NCBI RefSeq assembly: GCF_046119375.1
Contig: NW_027366915.1
Span: forward strand, 1-64,000
Source: Phyllobates terribilis
Lineage: Eukaryota
Direction of reading: 5' to 3'
DNA length: 64,000 nt
The translations under genes were made by a program, and so were the position numbers. Within the stretch, counting starts at the first letter, position 1; every line of letters starts with the position of its first letter. Under the pieces are notes generated by a model. That model saw nothing but the letters and a program-made list of their open reading frames with translations. It had not been told where the DNA came from and searched no databases. Positions 25,801 through 36,316 of this stretch are shown piece by piece.

Positions 25801-25894
25801 TCTCATCCGACAAGCTCTGAATCCGATTGTGAAGACTGTGTTTTAGCCGTAACTTGAACAGCACACTATAAAGCTTTACGGTGACACTAGGCAT
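22859..25894 (-). CDS. CXE11: Carboxylesterase, plant HSL/alpha-beta hydrolase CXE11/CXE16 type; 2 exons, 415 aa
   Basis: Exon 1 25894-25185 (MPSVTVKLYSVLFK...QFHGGGFVSGS...AHGDPS); GT-AG intron 25184-23397; exon 2 23396-22859 (RCALLGVSCGSN...AEHDW...VHEFATLD...GHEFSY*). Total 1248 nt, in frame, with HGGG, GxSxG and catalytic D/H intact. CXE11 versus CXE16 cannot be resolved by eye. Confidence 0.93.
23479..23679. mobile_element. Tourist-like MITE in the CXE intron
   Basis: Ends GAGTGTGTTTGG / TTCAAACGATCC, flanked by TTA at 23476-23478 and 23680-23682. Confidence 0.5.
24340..24450. mobile_element. Mini fold-back element in the CXE intron (same family as 52478-52965)
   Basis: The left arm AATGCGGATTATATATCATGTGCGGACT pairs with the right arm (reverse complement GGTGCGGACCATATATCACGTGCGGGCT); an internal GTGCAC motif. 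Confidence 0.7.
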
Positions 25895-26342
25895 TGTCTC
25901 TAGATCGATCCCTGGCTGCCTGATCAACAATGGCAGTCCAATTGACTTTAAGAATCCTACGTGTTTGGTGGTTTGGTCTTCAGGTGATGGAGGTCTGATA
26001 TAGGAAGAGAGAGAAATGGCCGGCGTGACAGCCATAGATTCTTGTATATACGTGCTGTCGACGACGGCAATGCCTTCCGTTGGGCATGATTTACCTTCTT
26101 GTCTAGAAAGCATAGATTCTTGTATATACGTGTTGGATGAGAACTAGTGATTAGGGGTTCATAATTATCCTATTTAAGTGATCCGCTTCGATTCGAAAAT
26201 ATCCATATCCGATGAAATATTATCTGAATTCGATCAGATCCGGTATATTTTACCGGATAACAAATATGGATATAGATCGGAGTTTGGTATCCACCAGATA
26301 TCCGGATGAAATATGCTTTTATAATATAATATTAAAAATATG

Positions 26343-27681
26343 AGTAAGGTTTTAGTGAGAAAATATTTTACTTGTGAGAAAATGAGAATGAATACTAGTC
26401 ATTGGATATTTTCAAATTCAATGAGTATGATTGATCTCATAGTCAATGGTCAAAGATCAACGGTCAACACGGTCAAAAGTTCATGGTCAACGGTCAACCA
26501 GTTGAAAAAAAAAGCGAGCCCAATTTTTTTTTTACTGAGCGCAACATTTTTTTCCGAGAATGTGCAACATTTTTTATGCAAATGTGCTATAACATCTACG
26601 CAAATGTGCAACAAAAATCTATAGAAATGTGTATAATAATGTAAGTAGTTTAAGTTGATTTTTTGGTTAATTAATTGTGCATCAGTTTTCTATACATGTG
26701 CAAGATATTCCGCATAAATGTGTAAGATTTTATAAGTAACTGTGAGGGATCGTATGAATAAAGTGTAATATTTTAAAAGTAATTGTGCGAGATTGTATGA
26801 ATAAACGTGCATGGTATTATCAGTAAATATGCATTAGAATGTGATTAGGTTTACTTGATTTCCTATAAAAGTAAATGTGCATTGAAATATCATTATTGTG
26901 TGAGGTTCTCTTACAAAATATGCAATGTTTTTGTTAATAATGTGGAAGCCTAATGAATTTGGTTTGTTGTAGATGTGCATCAAATTTCAACCAAAAAAAG
27001 ATGTGCATCAAATATACATAACTTTTCTACACATGTGCAAGATATTCCTATCCAAATGTGCAAAGTTTCATGAGTAATCTTGCAAGATTGTTTGAGTATA
27101 TGTGCAGAGTATTATAAGTAAATGTACAATGTTGTTATGATTAAATGTGATTGAAAACTTAAATATATAACCTTCTTAGTCATATGTGCATCGGTTTCAT
27201 ATATATGTGCTAGATCTTCTTAGTAAATGTACATATAAATGCTAATAATAATGCAAAATGTTTAAAATATTATCATTTAAATATAATACAAAATACTTAT
27301 AATTTTGTTGCACTCATGTTCAAATCATTGCACAATTTAGTAAAAAATATTGCACATTTAAGAACAAGATATATTTTAGCTTTACAAATCTCATACAGTA
27401 TATTTGCAAATTTATAGCACATTCTAGTATAAATGTATCGCACATTTTGAGCAAAGATGTTGCACATTTCGTGTGAAAAAAAATCTCCCTTTAAAAAATA
27501 AATTTTTGGGCTCTAAAAAAAACTGAGATCAACGACGGTCAAAGTTGGTCAATGATGTTGACTTAGTCAACTCATGTTAAAATGAGGTCGAATCTTAGTC
27601 ATTGGATTTAATCCAATGTCTAATATTCATTTTCATTTCTCACACAAGTGAAAACTTTCTCACATGATTTTTATCCTTACT
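26343..27681. mobile_element. Fold-back non-autonomous DNA element (MULE-like MITE) with ~70-bp imperfect TIRs
   Basis: Left AGTAAGG...GTGAGAAAA...GAATGAATACTAGTCATTGGAT pairs with right ATCCAATGTCTAATATTCATTTTCATTTCTCAC...CCTTACT. The interior is built of degenerate ATGTGCA / TGCACAT repeats. No TSD found. Confidence 0.7.
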
Positions 27682-28084
27682 AGACTTTGTAAATATTTTG
27701 TTGTGTTTATTTACGTTGTTGATTTTTGTATGTTAACTACGCTATAAAAAATATTATTTTTAGATTGAGCATGTTCTTATATATACTTGAAAAGTTAAAA
27801 TTTTTATCAAAAAATCTAAACTTAATGTTTTTTTAATTCCATACATATATGAATGGTTACCTGTACAAAGTATGAAAAGTTTGACTAGATTTCACTTTCC
27901 AAAGTTGCAATTATCCATTACAAGGAATTCCCTTCTTCTAGATAAATGCTCAACTCCCAAGTAGGCTTACAAAGTTGATTGTGCTCAAATGCTTTCTGAG
28001 TCGTCTTAGACTTTGCGATTAGTGTTTTTCTCAAAAATTTGTGAGACTCTTTACATACAAAGAAAAAGGTTTACTTGTTACTAA

Positions 28085-28355
28085 CTACAAAAACAAAACG
28101 GTCCCTCCGTAACCAATCATTCATAATATCAAATAAATCATTTTCGTCTTTGCTAACTTTACCAAGAGCTATAGTCATAGTGATCCTCCTATTCAACTAT
28201 TTCAATCATTTTCGAACACTCCATATCGCGGAGTCTGAGTATTCAATCCTCTATGTCTTATTTGTCTCGTACATCGACTCTTACAATGGGGTTCGAAAAG
28301 AATTTTTAGCGATTCATAAGTTGACTTTATCTTGAAAGTAAATCCCTAACCTCAA
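28085..28355 (-). pseudogene. psbD: NUPT: plastid psbD 5' leader plus the first 31 codons (photosystem II D2)
   Basis: The minus strand reads GGAGGATCACT-ATG (28178), then [31 protein letters not shown]. This matches the D2 N-terminus ([33 protein letters not shown]) and breaks at 28085. The extent of the upstream leader (to ~28355) is estimated. Confidence 0.93.
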
Positions 28356-28573
28356 TTAAATTATTATTTAATTGTATATATATTCAGATATCCGAGACCT
28401 CCAGATACGGATATCATAAATAATAATTTTAAATACGGATATCCGTTCTGATTAACCGAATATCCGTCCATGAACCTCACATGGGATTAGGATTAGTGAT
28501 TGCAAAACAATTAAGGAAAATTTCCATATATTACTGCACTAACATAAACAAGTTTACAATAAGCAAGAACCAT

Positions 28574-30465
28574 TCACCAATAATCCCCACACGAACAAGA
28601 ACCACCAACAAAATGATGAAACCGATTACGATCCCTAACAACAATCTTCCTCCCACTAATCTTCGAAATCAACTTACTCACCTCATGACAATCACTACAA
28701 ACCCTCAAATTCTTCACAATCCTAATCGTACTCCCCGGCTCAGTACTAATCAACCCAAACGCAATCGCAAGCCTCTCACTATGAACACCAACCGACCGTT
28801 CCTTCTCCATCTCCCCAAGATCCTGCAACACAACCCCCGTCTGTGTCTTATACCCACAACCCTTCAACCACCCATTAATCTCCTCAAGCATCACATAAAT
28901 CTCTCTACTCTTCGGATGTCTCATATCTCCGGCCAAGAACTCATGAACCTTGTTCTCTACTTCAATGGAGCTACACCCCGGCTCCTTCTCTATACCCTTT
29001 TCTTTCATCATCGCCCTAACTCTCGCTACCCCATCCCAATTCCCTGTCGACGCGTATATATTCGAGAGGAGAATATAACTCCCCGAGTTCGCGAGATTGT
29101 TCTTAACCAAAAACTCTCCTATCTCCTCTCCTAAGATGAAATCTCCATGGAGTTTGCATGCACCGAGTAATGTCCCCCATAGAACCAGATCAGGGTCCAT
29201 TTTCATGTTCTTGATGAGATCGTACGCTTCTTGTAAATGTCCTGCGCGCGCGAGGATATTGACCATGCATCCATAGTGCTCGATTTTTGGAGTTAAGGAA
29301 TAGTTTTCTGTCATTGAGTTGAAGAAATTTCGTCCTTCTGAAACTAGCCCTGCATGGGCGCACGCGTTTAGGACGCCTATGAAGGTGATGTCGGTGGGTT
29401 TGAGTCCGATTTCACACATGTGGTTGAATAGGGTTAATGCCTTTTGGCTGAATCCGTGCATTGAGTAACCTACGATCATTGAGTTCCATGCGATGACGTC
29501 TTTGGAAGTGATGGAATCGAAGACTGTTTTCGCGTTTTCTAGGCTGCCGCATTTGGTGTACATGTCGATGAGGGCGGTGGCTAAGTGGATAGTTATGGGG
29601 AGATGGTTGTTTACGAGGTATGAATGAACCCATTTTCCTAACTCGAGGGCACCGAGTTGGCCGCAAGCGGATAGAACGGGGAGGAGAGTGACGTCGTTGG
29701 TGTTAGTTTGGTCTTTAACATTTGTCTGAAGAGTAATAATGATTGATTTGGATCGCCGTGTTGGGAGTAGCCGTCGATCATTACGTTCCAAGAGACTACG
29801 TCTCGTTCAGGCATTTGATCGAACAGGTCACGCGCAGACTTCAGGTAGCCGTGTTTGGCGTAGCAAGCTAACATGGCTGTGAGAGATATCACGCTCCGTT
29901 CGGGCATTGTGTTGAATAGCTTCTGGGCGGAGACTACATCACCGGTTCGCGCGTATACGTCTAGAAGGGCTGTCCGAACAAACATATCGCTGTCGAAACC
30001 GTACTTTACAGCTTGCGAATGAAGGACCCTTCCTGGATCGAGAGGGCAGCCTTTTAAAATGGAAGAGAAGGTGAAAGGGTTGGGCTCAATGCCTTCGGTC
30101 AACATCTGAACATAGAAGAGCAGTGCTTGGTCGTAGAAGCCGCGGATGATGTGAGCGTGGATGATGGAGGTGTAGAAGAAGACGTTGCGATTAGAGGTGC
30201 GGGCGAAGAGGGCGGAAGAGTGTTCAAGGTAACCGAGTGAAGAGTATGATTTCTGGAGCTTGAAGTTGAGAATTTGGTGGTTCTCGTGGCCGTGGCGGAG
30301 TATAGCGGCGTGGATTTGGAGGAGTTGGGAGACTGATTTGCAGCTGTCGATTAGAGAAGCAAGCTGCTCTGGTTGCCGGAGATTCAGACGGGGCGCGGAA
30401 GTACGGTTTATCACGCTTACAGCCGGCGCCGGCGGAGTTTGGGAGAAAGGGGAAGTAGTCGACAT
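28574..30465 (-). CDS. ELI1: PLS-DYW pentatricopeptide protein, ELI1-like chloroplast RNA-editing factor; intronless, interrupted by one 1-nt frameshift at 29697-29698
   Basis: ORFs 29638-30465 and 28574-29791 join into 630 aa if one A is restored (ACA CCA A[A]C GAC = TPND). PPR motifs (VSWNVMIDGY, IAWNSMIVGY), an E domain (KEPGCSSIEV), HSERLA...CSDCH and a terminal DYW. The N-terminus (QLASLID...LLQIHAAILRH...LNFKLQKSYSS) matches the remembered At4g37380 sequence. Confidence 0.88.
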
Positions 30466-30688
30466 GGCTTGCCTTCACCGGCGCCGGAGAGACCGGTGGA
30501 GAAATGGACAGTTGAAAGACAAAATGGATGTGCCACGTCACTCTATCCAAAAGGCCCATCAATTCAGGCCCAATAGAAAATGGGCTACGTTCTCGGCCCA
30601 GATTAGCGAATTTCTGGAGAGTGGAATCGAGTTTGCAGAGGGAGAGAGCAAAGCGAAGAAGAACAAAGGGGATTATGCTGATGTGTTT
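30466..30688. promoter_or_regulatory. Compact bidirectional promoter region shared by ELI1 and PUX1
   Basis: Only 223 bp separate the divergent ATGs. Site II-like GGCCCA/TGGGCT at 30552, 30566, 30581 and 30595; CCACGTCA at 30533. Confidence 0.65.
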
Positions 30689-32300
30689 ATGCTGATGAGC
30701 TTCAGCTCTTCACCGACTTCGAAGCGCAGTAGATTGATCAATTCTGATTCCATGGACGCCGAGACTGCTAAGGTGAAATTCTTTTCTTTCGGTCGAATCA
30801 TATCACCTTTACATGATGCAGTCGGCTGTAATGTATAACTTAGGGTTTGTTATGGTGAAGAAATAGTGTGTTTCTTTCTCGTTTCGATCGTTGAACTTCT
30901 ATGTGACTTTGTCTCTGTTAGAAGCTTTCTCTAGGGTAGATGTGATCGATTCGAATTCAATTTTAAGTCGCATTTATCAAAAAATGTACTCCTCGGATTC
31001 TGTTCTTTCTCCTCCTTCCTTGTCCCTGGATCAACTGCAGTTACTACTAGCAGTTATTATTCTCATTGATGATAAGAAAACAAGGGGTAGAGATTACCTA
31101 ATTAGCAAATGTTTATGATTTTTCTGGTGGGTTTCAAATCCCTTAAAGTCTGAAGATATCTGTAGGTTAAGCTTCTAGCTGCTAAAGAACAATATGGAAG
31201 AGAAGTCAGAGTTTTTGAGACATATGGAACTTCTCAATCTCCCACTGAAACAACAGATACTGGTAAGAGCAATTTTTTTCTGCATTGCTGGATTTCTCAT
31301 TTTTAACAAGGACCATTATATACTTTCCTTTTTTGGATGTATTATCCACATGAACTCATTGTTTACCTATCTTTTCCTCCCAGAGGAGTCTGATGACTTT
31401 TACGAGTTCAAACCAGAGGATTATTATCGTATGTTGGCAACGAAAAAGGATGGTAAGTCAATGAAAACCATGGTTTGCTACATCTCTGCTGTCATTGTAT
31501 ACAGTTTTAATCACTCTCTTTAATAATCGTATCAGCATGCTATCTATAGAAGAATTTGGCTTAATGACATACTTTTCCTGATTAGATAAATACCTAAAGA
31601 CACGCAAGATTAGAGATGCTGAAGTGGCTGCTCGACGATCTAGATATACAAAGGTAGAGTCTATAATCTTTTTTTTTTCCAGCCTTTTTTGTGTTGGACT
31701 AATTTTCCTCTTTGTTTGACTACCTCAAGGCTGTCATCAGGGTGCGATTTCCCGATAATCACACTTTAGAGGCAACATTTCACCCATCTGAAACAATTCA
31801 AAACCTTGTTGATCTTCTGAAGAAAGTGGTCGCCTCTCCAGAATTACCGTTTTATTTATGTATAACAGCTCCATTATCTACTTTACTTTGTTAAATCTTG
31901 TTTGGAGAGTAAATACATATTACCTTTTCTTACTTGTTCAGATACCACTCCTCCAAAGATGCAAATTAAGGACGTAACCCAAGATTTTTTCTCTGCTGGT
32001 TTTGTTCCTGGCGCAATCGTCTATTTTTCATATGATGTGCCTAAAGGTATGTCTAAATAGCGATATTTTTATTTATTTTTATCGAAATGGTGTATTGAAG
32101 TGAGAAATTATGTAGATGAAGAAGCTCATTCAGGTCCTTTTCTTGGAGAAGAAATCATGCTGCTGAAAGGTCTAGATTTTGTACCTGAACCTGTCAATCC
32201 TGAACCGGAATCTGAATCTATTAATCCGGTTACTCCAACTGTTGAGCATCGCAAACCAACCGAAAAGAAAGCTGTGAAGCCGAAATGGATGAAGATGTGA
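30689..32300 (+). CDS. PUX1: Plant UBX-domain protein 1 (CDC48 regulator); 7 exons, 245 aa
   Basis: Exons 30689-30772, 31166-31262, 31384-31452, 31586-31653, 31730-31859, 31942-32046 and 32116-32300. All introns are GT-AG and the total (738 nt) is in frame. Motifs GREVRVFET, ESDDFYEF, AVIRVRFPDNHTLEATFHPSE, YTTPPK, FVPGAIVYFS, KPKWMKM*. The first ATG is the least certain part. Confidence 0.93.
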
Positions 32301-32530
32301 TAAAAGGTTAGCATGAGATTTATGCTGTGAAATGATCTTACCTTCTGACTTGTAAATGGCTACCTTATGCTATATTTTTCAAGCTGACAGAAAATGTAAC
32401 TTATGGTACAACTTGCAGACATGTGAAATTTTGTAAGGATTGTTTACATACGATTTGTTACATTACCTGCATTCTGTTTATTGGTTGATCAATTATCAAG
32501 CTGGGCAATTTTCTACAACCCAGTCTAGTA

Positions 32531-32789
32531 TTCCCTTCGTGTCTTTTTATTTTTCTTATTTCTTTCTTACACGTTTTTCGAATCGTGTTTTTTATGGTAA
32601 ATATTTTTGAAATAAAGTTTATAAAAATTATAAAATGTATATCTTGTTAAAGTACTCGTCGAGACGAGTAAAATAAGACCAAACATGACTATGTTTTTTC
32701 ATATATATCGAGAGAAATCGAGAAGATTCTATCAAGATGTGAATAGTGAATAAAAATGAAATGAGAAGAATAAAAAGGGACGGAGGGAG
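32531..32789. mobile_element. Stowaway MITE
   Basis: TA|TTCCCTTCGTGTCTTTT ... AAAAAGGGACGGAGGGAG|TA, i.e. a CTCCCTCCGT-type TIR with TA duplication. Confidence 0.8.
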
Positions 32790-33270
32790 TAATTTTTTTG
32801 GGTGATTATGTTAAAATGCAGATGACCGATTTCTATGAGTTATCTTGTTAACTAAACATGGATGGGCATTTATTTTTGTTGAATAGGTGGAGTAACCCAT
32901 TTATCAGTAGATGATATTTAATGCTTTGAAATACTCCCTCTGTCCCAAATTGTTTGAACAATTTGAAGTAAAGTACACAAATTAAGGAGCATTAAATGAG
33001 GAGAGAGGTATGGAAATGTGGGGGATTAAATTAATCTCAGCCAATCAAATTGAAGCATTGAATTTTTTGTATCCAATGGGAACACAGTATAATTGTGCCT
33101 AGGATAACCAACATGGCATTAAATTGTTCTTACAAATTTACCCCTGTGTACTTATATCATCTTCAACAACCCATATTCCCTCTATCTTAACTGCCATTGT
33201 AAGTGAAAAAATAGAGAATATTCAGAGTGAAAACAGAGCATTAGGGGGGGGGGGGACTTTTTATGGAGGT

Positions 33271-34867
33271 ATGGCTTCATCATTTTTAGATTTAAATGAG
33301 CTGCCAGCATGTGATGAAGAATACAGTTTATCACAGCATACAACTGGGAGTGGGGACCAACCAACAGAAGCTGTGGCAAACTCATCTGAACAGAATAATG
33401 AAGACAACCATGAAACACAACAGTTACATCATCAGCCAAACTTCAGGCTAAACAACAAGCAACGTATGCAGGTATTGAACACTATTCTCTCAAAATCTCA
33501 GGGGGGAAGTTATCACATGGTGCAATAAAGCAAATATCAGAAGAATTAAATCTGTCAAAAAGAGTAATTGGAAGGATCTGGGCAACAGCTAAGCAACAAC
33601 AAGCAGAGGGACAGAGTTTCAATGTGAACAACAAGTTCAAAAACTGTGGGAGAAAACGAATCCAAGTTTCTCAAGAAGACATTATGAGTTTAAGCATGGG
33701 GGACAGAACATGCCTGAGGGATCTAGCAAGCAAGTTAGCAATTTCAAAGAGCACATGTCACAGAATGACCAAGGCGGGAGTCATAAAGCCACACACAAAT
33801 TCCCTACATCCAGGCCTATCACCGGAGCACAAATTAACAAGACTGAGGTGGGTGCTCAGCTTGTTGCAGGGCAACACATTACAAGAAAAGAGTCAGTACT
33901 ACCCTATATATAACGTCGTCCACTTGGATGAGAAGTGGTTCTATCTCACAAAAAAGAGCACCAGAGTCTACCTAGCACAAAATGAGAAAGGCAAGTATAG
34001 AGCAGCCAGTTCAAGCAAATTCATCCCTAAGGTAATGTTTACAGCTTGCGTTGCTAGACCTAGGTTCAATGCACAGGGGGAATGCATATTTGATGGGAAG
34101 ATTGGAATCTTTCCATTCACATACAAAGAGCCAGCCAAAAGGAGTTCAAAGAACAGAAGCAAGGGGACAGTTGTAACAAAGCTAGTGGACAGAGTCAACC
34201 AGAAAGTAACTAGAGCTATGCTAATTGAACAAATTCTACCAGCCATTAGAGCAAAATGGCCTACTGATGGGATTCACAGAACAATTTTCATCCAACAAGA
34301 CAATGCAAGGGCACATATCACTCAGTAAGACAAGGAATGGCAAAACATTTTTGTCCAAGGAGATTTCACTTTCATCCTAATTCAACAACCAGCAAACAGC
34401 CCAGACTTGAACATCTTAGACCTAGGTTTTTTTAGAAGCATTCAGTCCCTAATGCATAAAAAGATGCCTAAGGATGTCGATCACATGCTAGAATGTGTAA
34501 CTGATGCATTTTATGAGCTAACCCCTTAACACTAGGCAATGTATGGATGTCATTGCAAATGGTTATGAATGAGATACTCAAATGCAAATGGGGCAATGGG
34601 TATGACATGCCACACATCTGCAAGAAGAGGCTTGGATTAGAGGGGAACAAGCCAACAGAATTGATGGCACCTACTTGGGCTATAGTAGAAGCATGGAATG
34701 CAGTGAATGCAGATGCAAGTGCAGCGGGGACATCAAATACAAATGAGCCAATGAATGCACATGCAGCTAGTACGTCTAATGCAAATGCAAACAAGAACAT
34801 AAACAGTCAAGAAGAAGAAGAAGAGTTGCTAGATGATGAGTTCCTTGATGATGACCATGAACTATAG
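33271..34867 (+). pseudogene. Mariner DD39D transposase, apparently intronless, disabled
   Basis: HLDEKWFY, KVMF..CVARPRF, FDGKIGIFPF, IQQDNARAH and SPDLNILDLGFF, with 39 residues between the QQD and NILD aspartates. Premature TAA at 34326-34328 and frameshifts near 33505 and 34525. Confidence 0.93.
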
Positions 34868-35883
34868 ATGCTTAGCTTAAATTATGCTTATGAATGCAAT
34901 GTAATGAATGTCAACACTGAGATGAAATATCATAACCACTTGTCAAGTTATGATAATCATCTCATTGTATTTTGTTGTTCAACTTGTAATATGAACCTAT
35001 ATGAACCTATTAATGTCTAGAAAGTGCAAAAATATATTCTCAGTGTCCCCAAATGAATCATTCCTCTGGCCCTAATCATACCCTAACCACGCCCAAAATG
35101 CCGCCTGAGTCATAATGACTGGTATCATATTGGGAGGTTAGGATATAATTGTTGCTCAACAGAACCACAACTCATTCTTAAAAGGGTGTCATCATTGAAT
35201 AAAAAAAGAAAAACAATCTCATAAATCTCCTAAAGTCCATCACTGATTTAGACCTATCAGTTGCCTAACTTCCCCAATACCATCCTTAGTCGTATTGACT
35301 GGTTGCATAAGGGAAGGTAGGCAACTAAATATAAAAGAAAGAGGTCTAAATCTCAGTTCATAGAGATATCATCATTGATCATGCATGAATGCAGCTACAT
35401 GTTTCCCTAAAATTGTTCATACAGCTCGGGACACAGGCAGTAAATAGGACATGGTCATGCTAATTGACAAGGCTGTATGCAACATAACATCTCAAGGGGA
35501 CATTTAAGCTTGAATAGATAAGGAAGGCAACATGCAACTCATAAAAAGGATCATGCAAGACAACAGACAATGGGGATCAAGCACGCAAACAAGCAACTCA
35601 TACTAGGGACCACTAAGCTTCAACACATAGGCAAGCAATAGGCAACTGATACTAGGGGCCATTCAGAGCTTAGGCAACAAATAACTAGCACAAAAGTTAG
35701 CATGGGCAACTCGTTGTGCCCATGCAGAATCAGTTATAGCACAAAAAATGGTAGGAGCAACCAGCTGTGCACCTACCGCGACCAATTTATCCGATACAGA
35801 CCATTAGAGAGTAAAATTTACATGCAACAACACAGGGGGACTAATTGAAATACCCAAAATACGTTGAAGGGTTAAAGACTTAG

Positions 35884-36254
35884 CTACTGTACGCTTGAAT
35901 CATCATCATCACTAATGATGATGATCTCCTTGAAGCCTGGTGGGGGACCACTCCTCGGTAGAGTAGGCTTTGGCAAAGAGGGTGGGGGGACAACCCTCTT
36001 CTTCTTCTTTGTCGGCTACTCCACCTCCACCGAGGTCTCAGGTGAGACGTGGTTACCAATTCGGCCGTCACGATGACTGCCCGAGTAGCTGTGTTTGCCC
36101 TTGCACGTGCCAGCTAGCCAATCGCATCTCAGCTCCCCGTAGTATTGGGAGCAGACATCACTGGCGCTGGGCTTCTTATCCTTGCCCTTCTCCTGTGTGC
36201 GCCGCTCATCAGAGGTTGTCCATGAGCAGTCATACGGGCCTGAGACATGGCTTC
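35884..36254 (-). pseudogene. Putative accessory reading frame inside the mariner (CCCH-like finger, NLS, Pro-rich, SIM-like tail), with one in-frame TAG
   Basis: After the acceptor TCACAG| (36254) one frame reads ...ERRTQEKGKDKKPSASDVCSQYYGELRCDWLAGTCKGKH...VEVE*PTKKKKRVVPPPSLPKPTLPRSGPPPGFKEIIIISDDDDSSVQ*. The start codon and upstream exons are not established. Confidence 0.5.
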
Positions 36255-36316
36255 CTGTGACCAACACAAACACAAAACTCTTATAAGAACAACACAAATA
36301 ACTCAGACATGGCTTC

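Larger units (their letters stand above)
26152..28479. mobile_element. hAT-type ATCCG-repeat MITE, split by a fold-back element and filler/plastid DNA
   Basis: The left part, 26152-26340, starts TAGGGGTTCAT and matches 21915-22060. The right part, 28385-28479, is rich in CGGATATCCG and ends ATGAACCTCA. TSD not clean. Confidence 0.6.

Noticed and set aside
25094-26113. 339-aa ORF as the complete carboxylesterase
   Set aside because: It reads past the donor at 25184 into the intron and lacks GxSxG and the catalytic D/H; the real CDS is spliced.
27850-28084. Continuation of the plastid insertion
   Set aside because: The psbD match ends at 28085; this segment could not be recognised as plastid and is treated as unassigned filler.
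28481-29134. 217-aa plus-strand ORF (and 29412-29666, 30224-30562)
   Set aside because: Antisense or alternative-frame shadows of the PPR gene with no recognisable domain.
30260-30838. 192-aa plus-strand ORF as a separate gene
   Set aside because: It is the antisense shadow of the ELI1 N-terminus running through the promoter into PUX1 exon 1 and its intron.
36246-36248. GCCATGT as the start codon of the mariner accessory protein
   Set aside because: It opens a 39-codon frame different from the CCCH/NLS/SIM frame, so the start cannot be assigned without a consensus.
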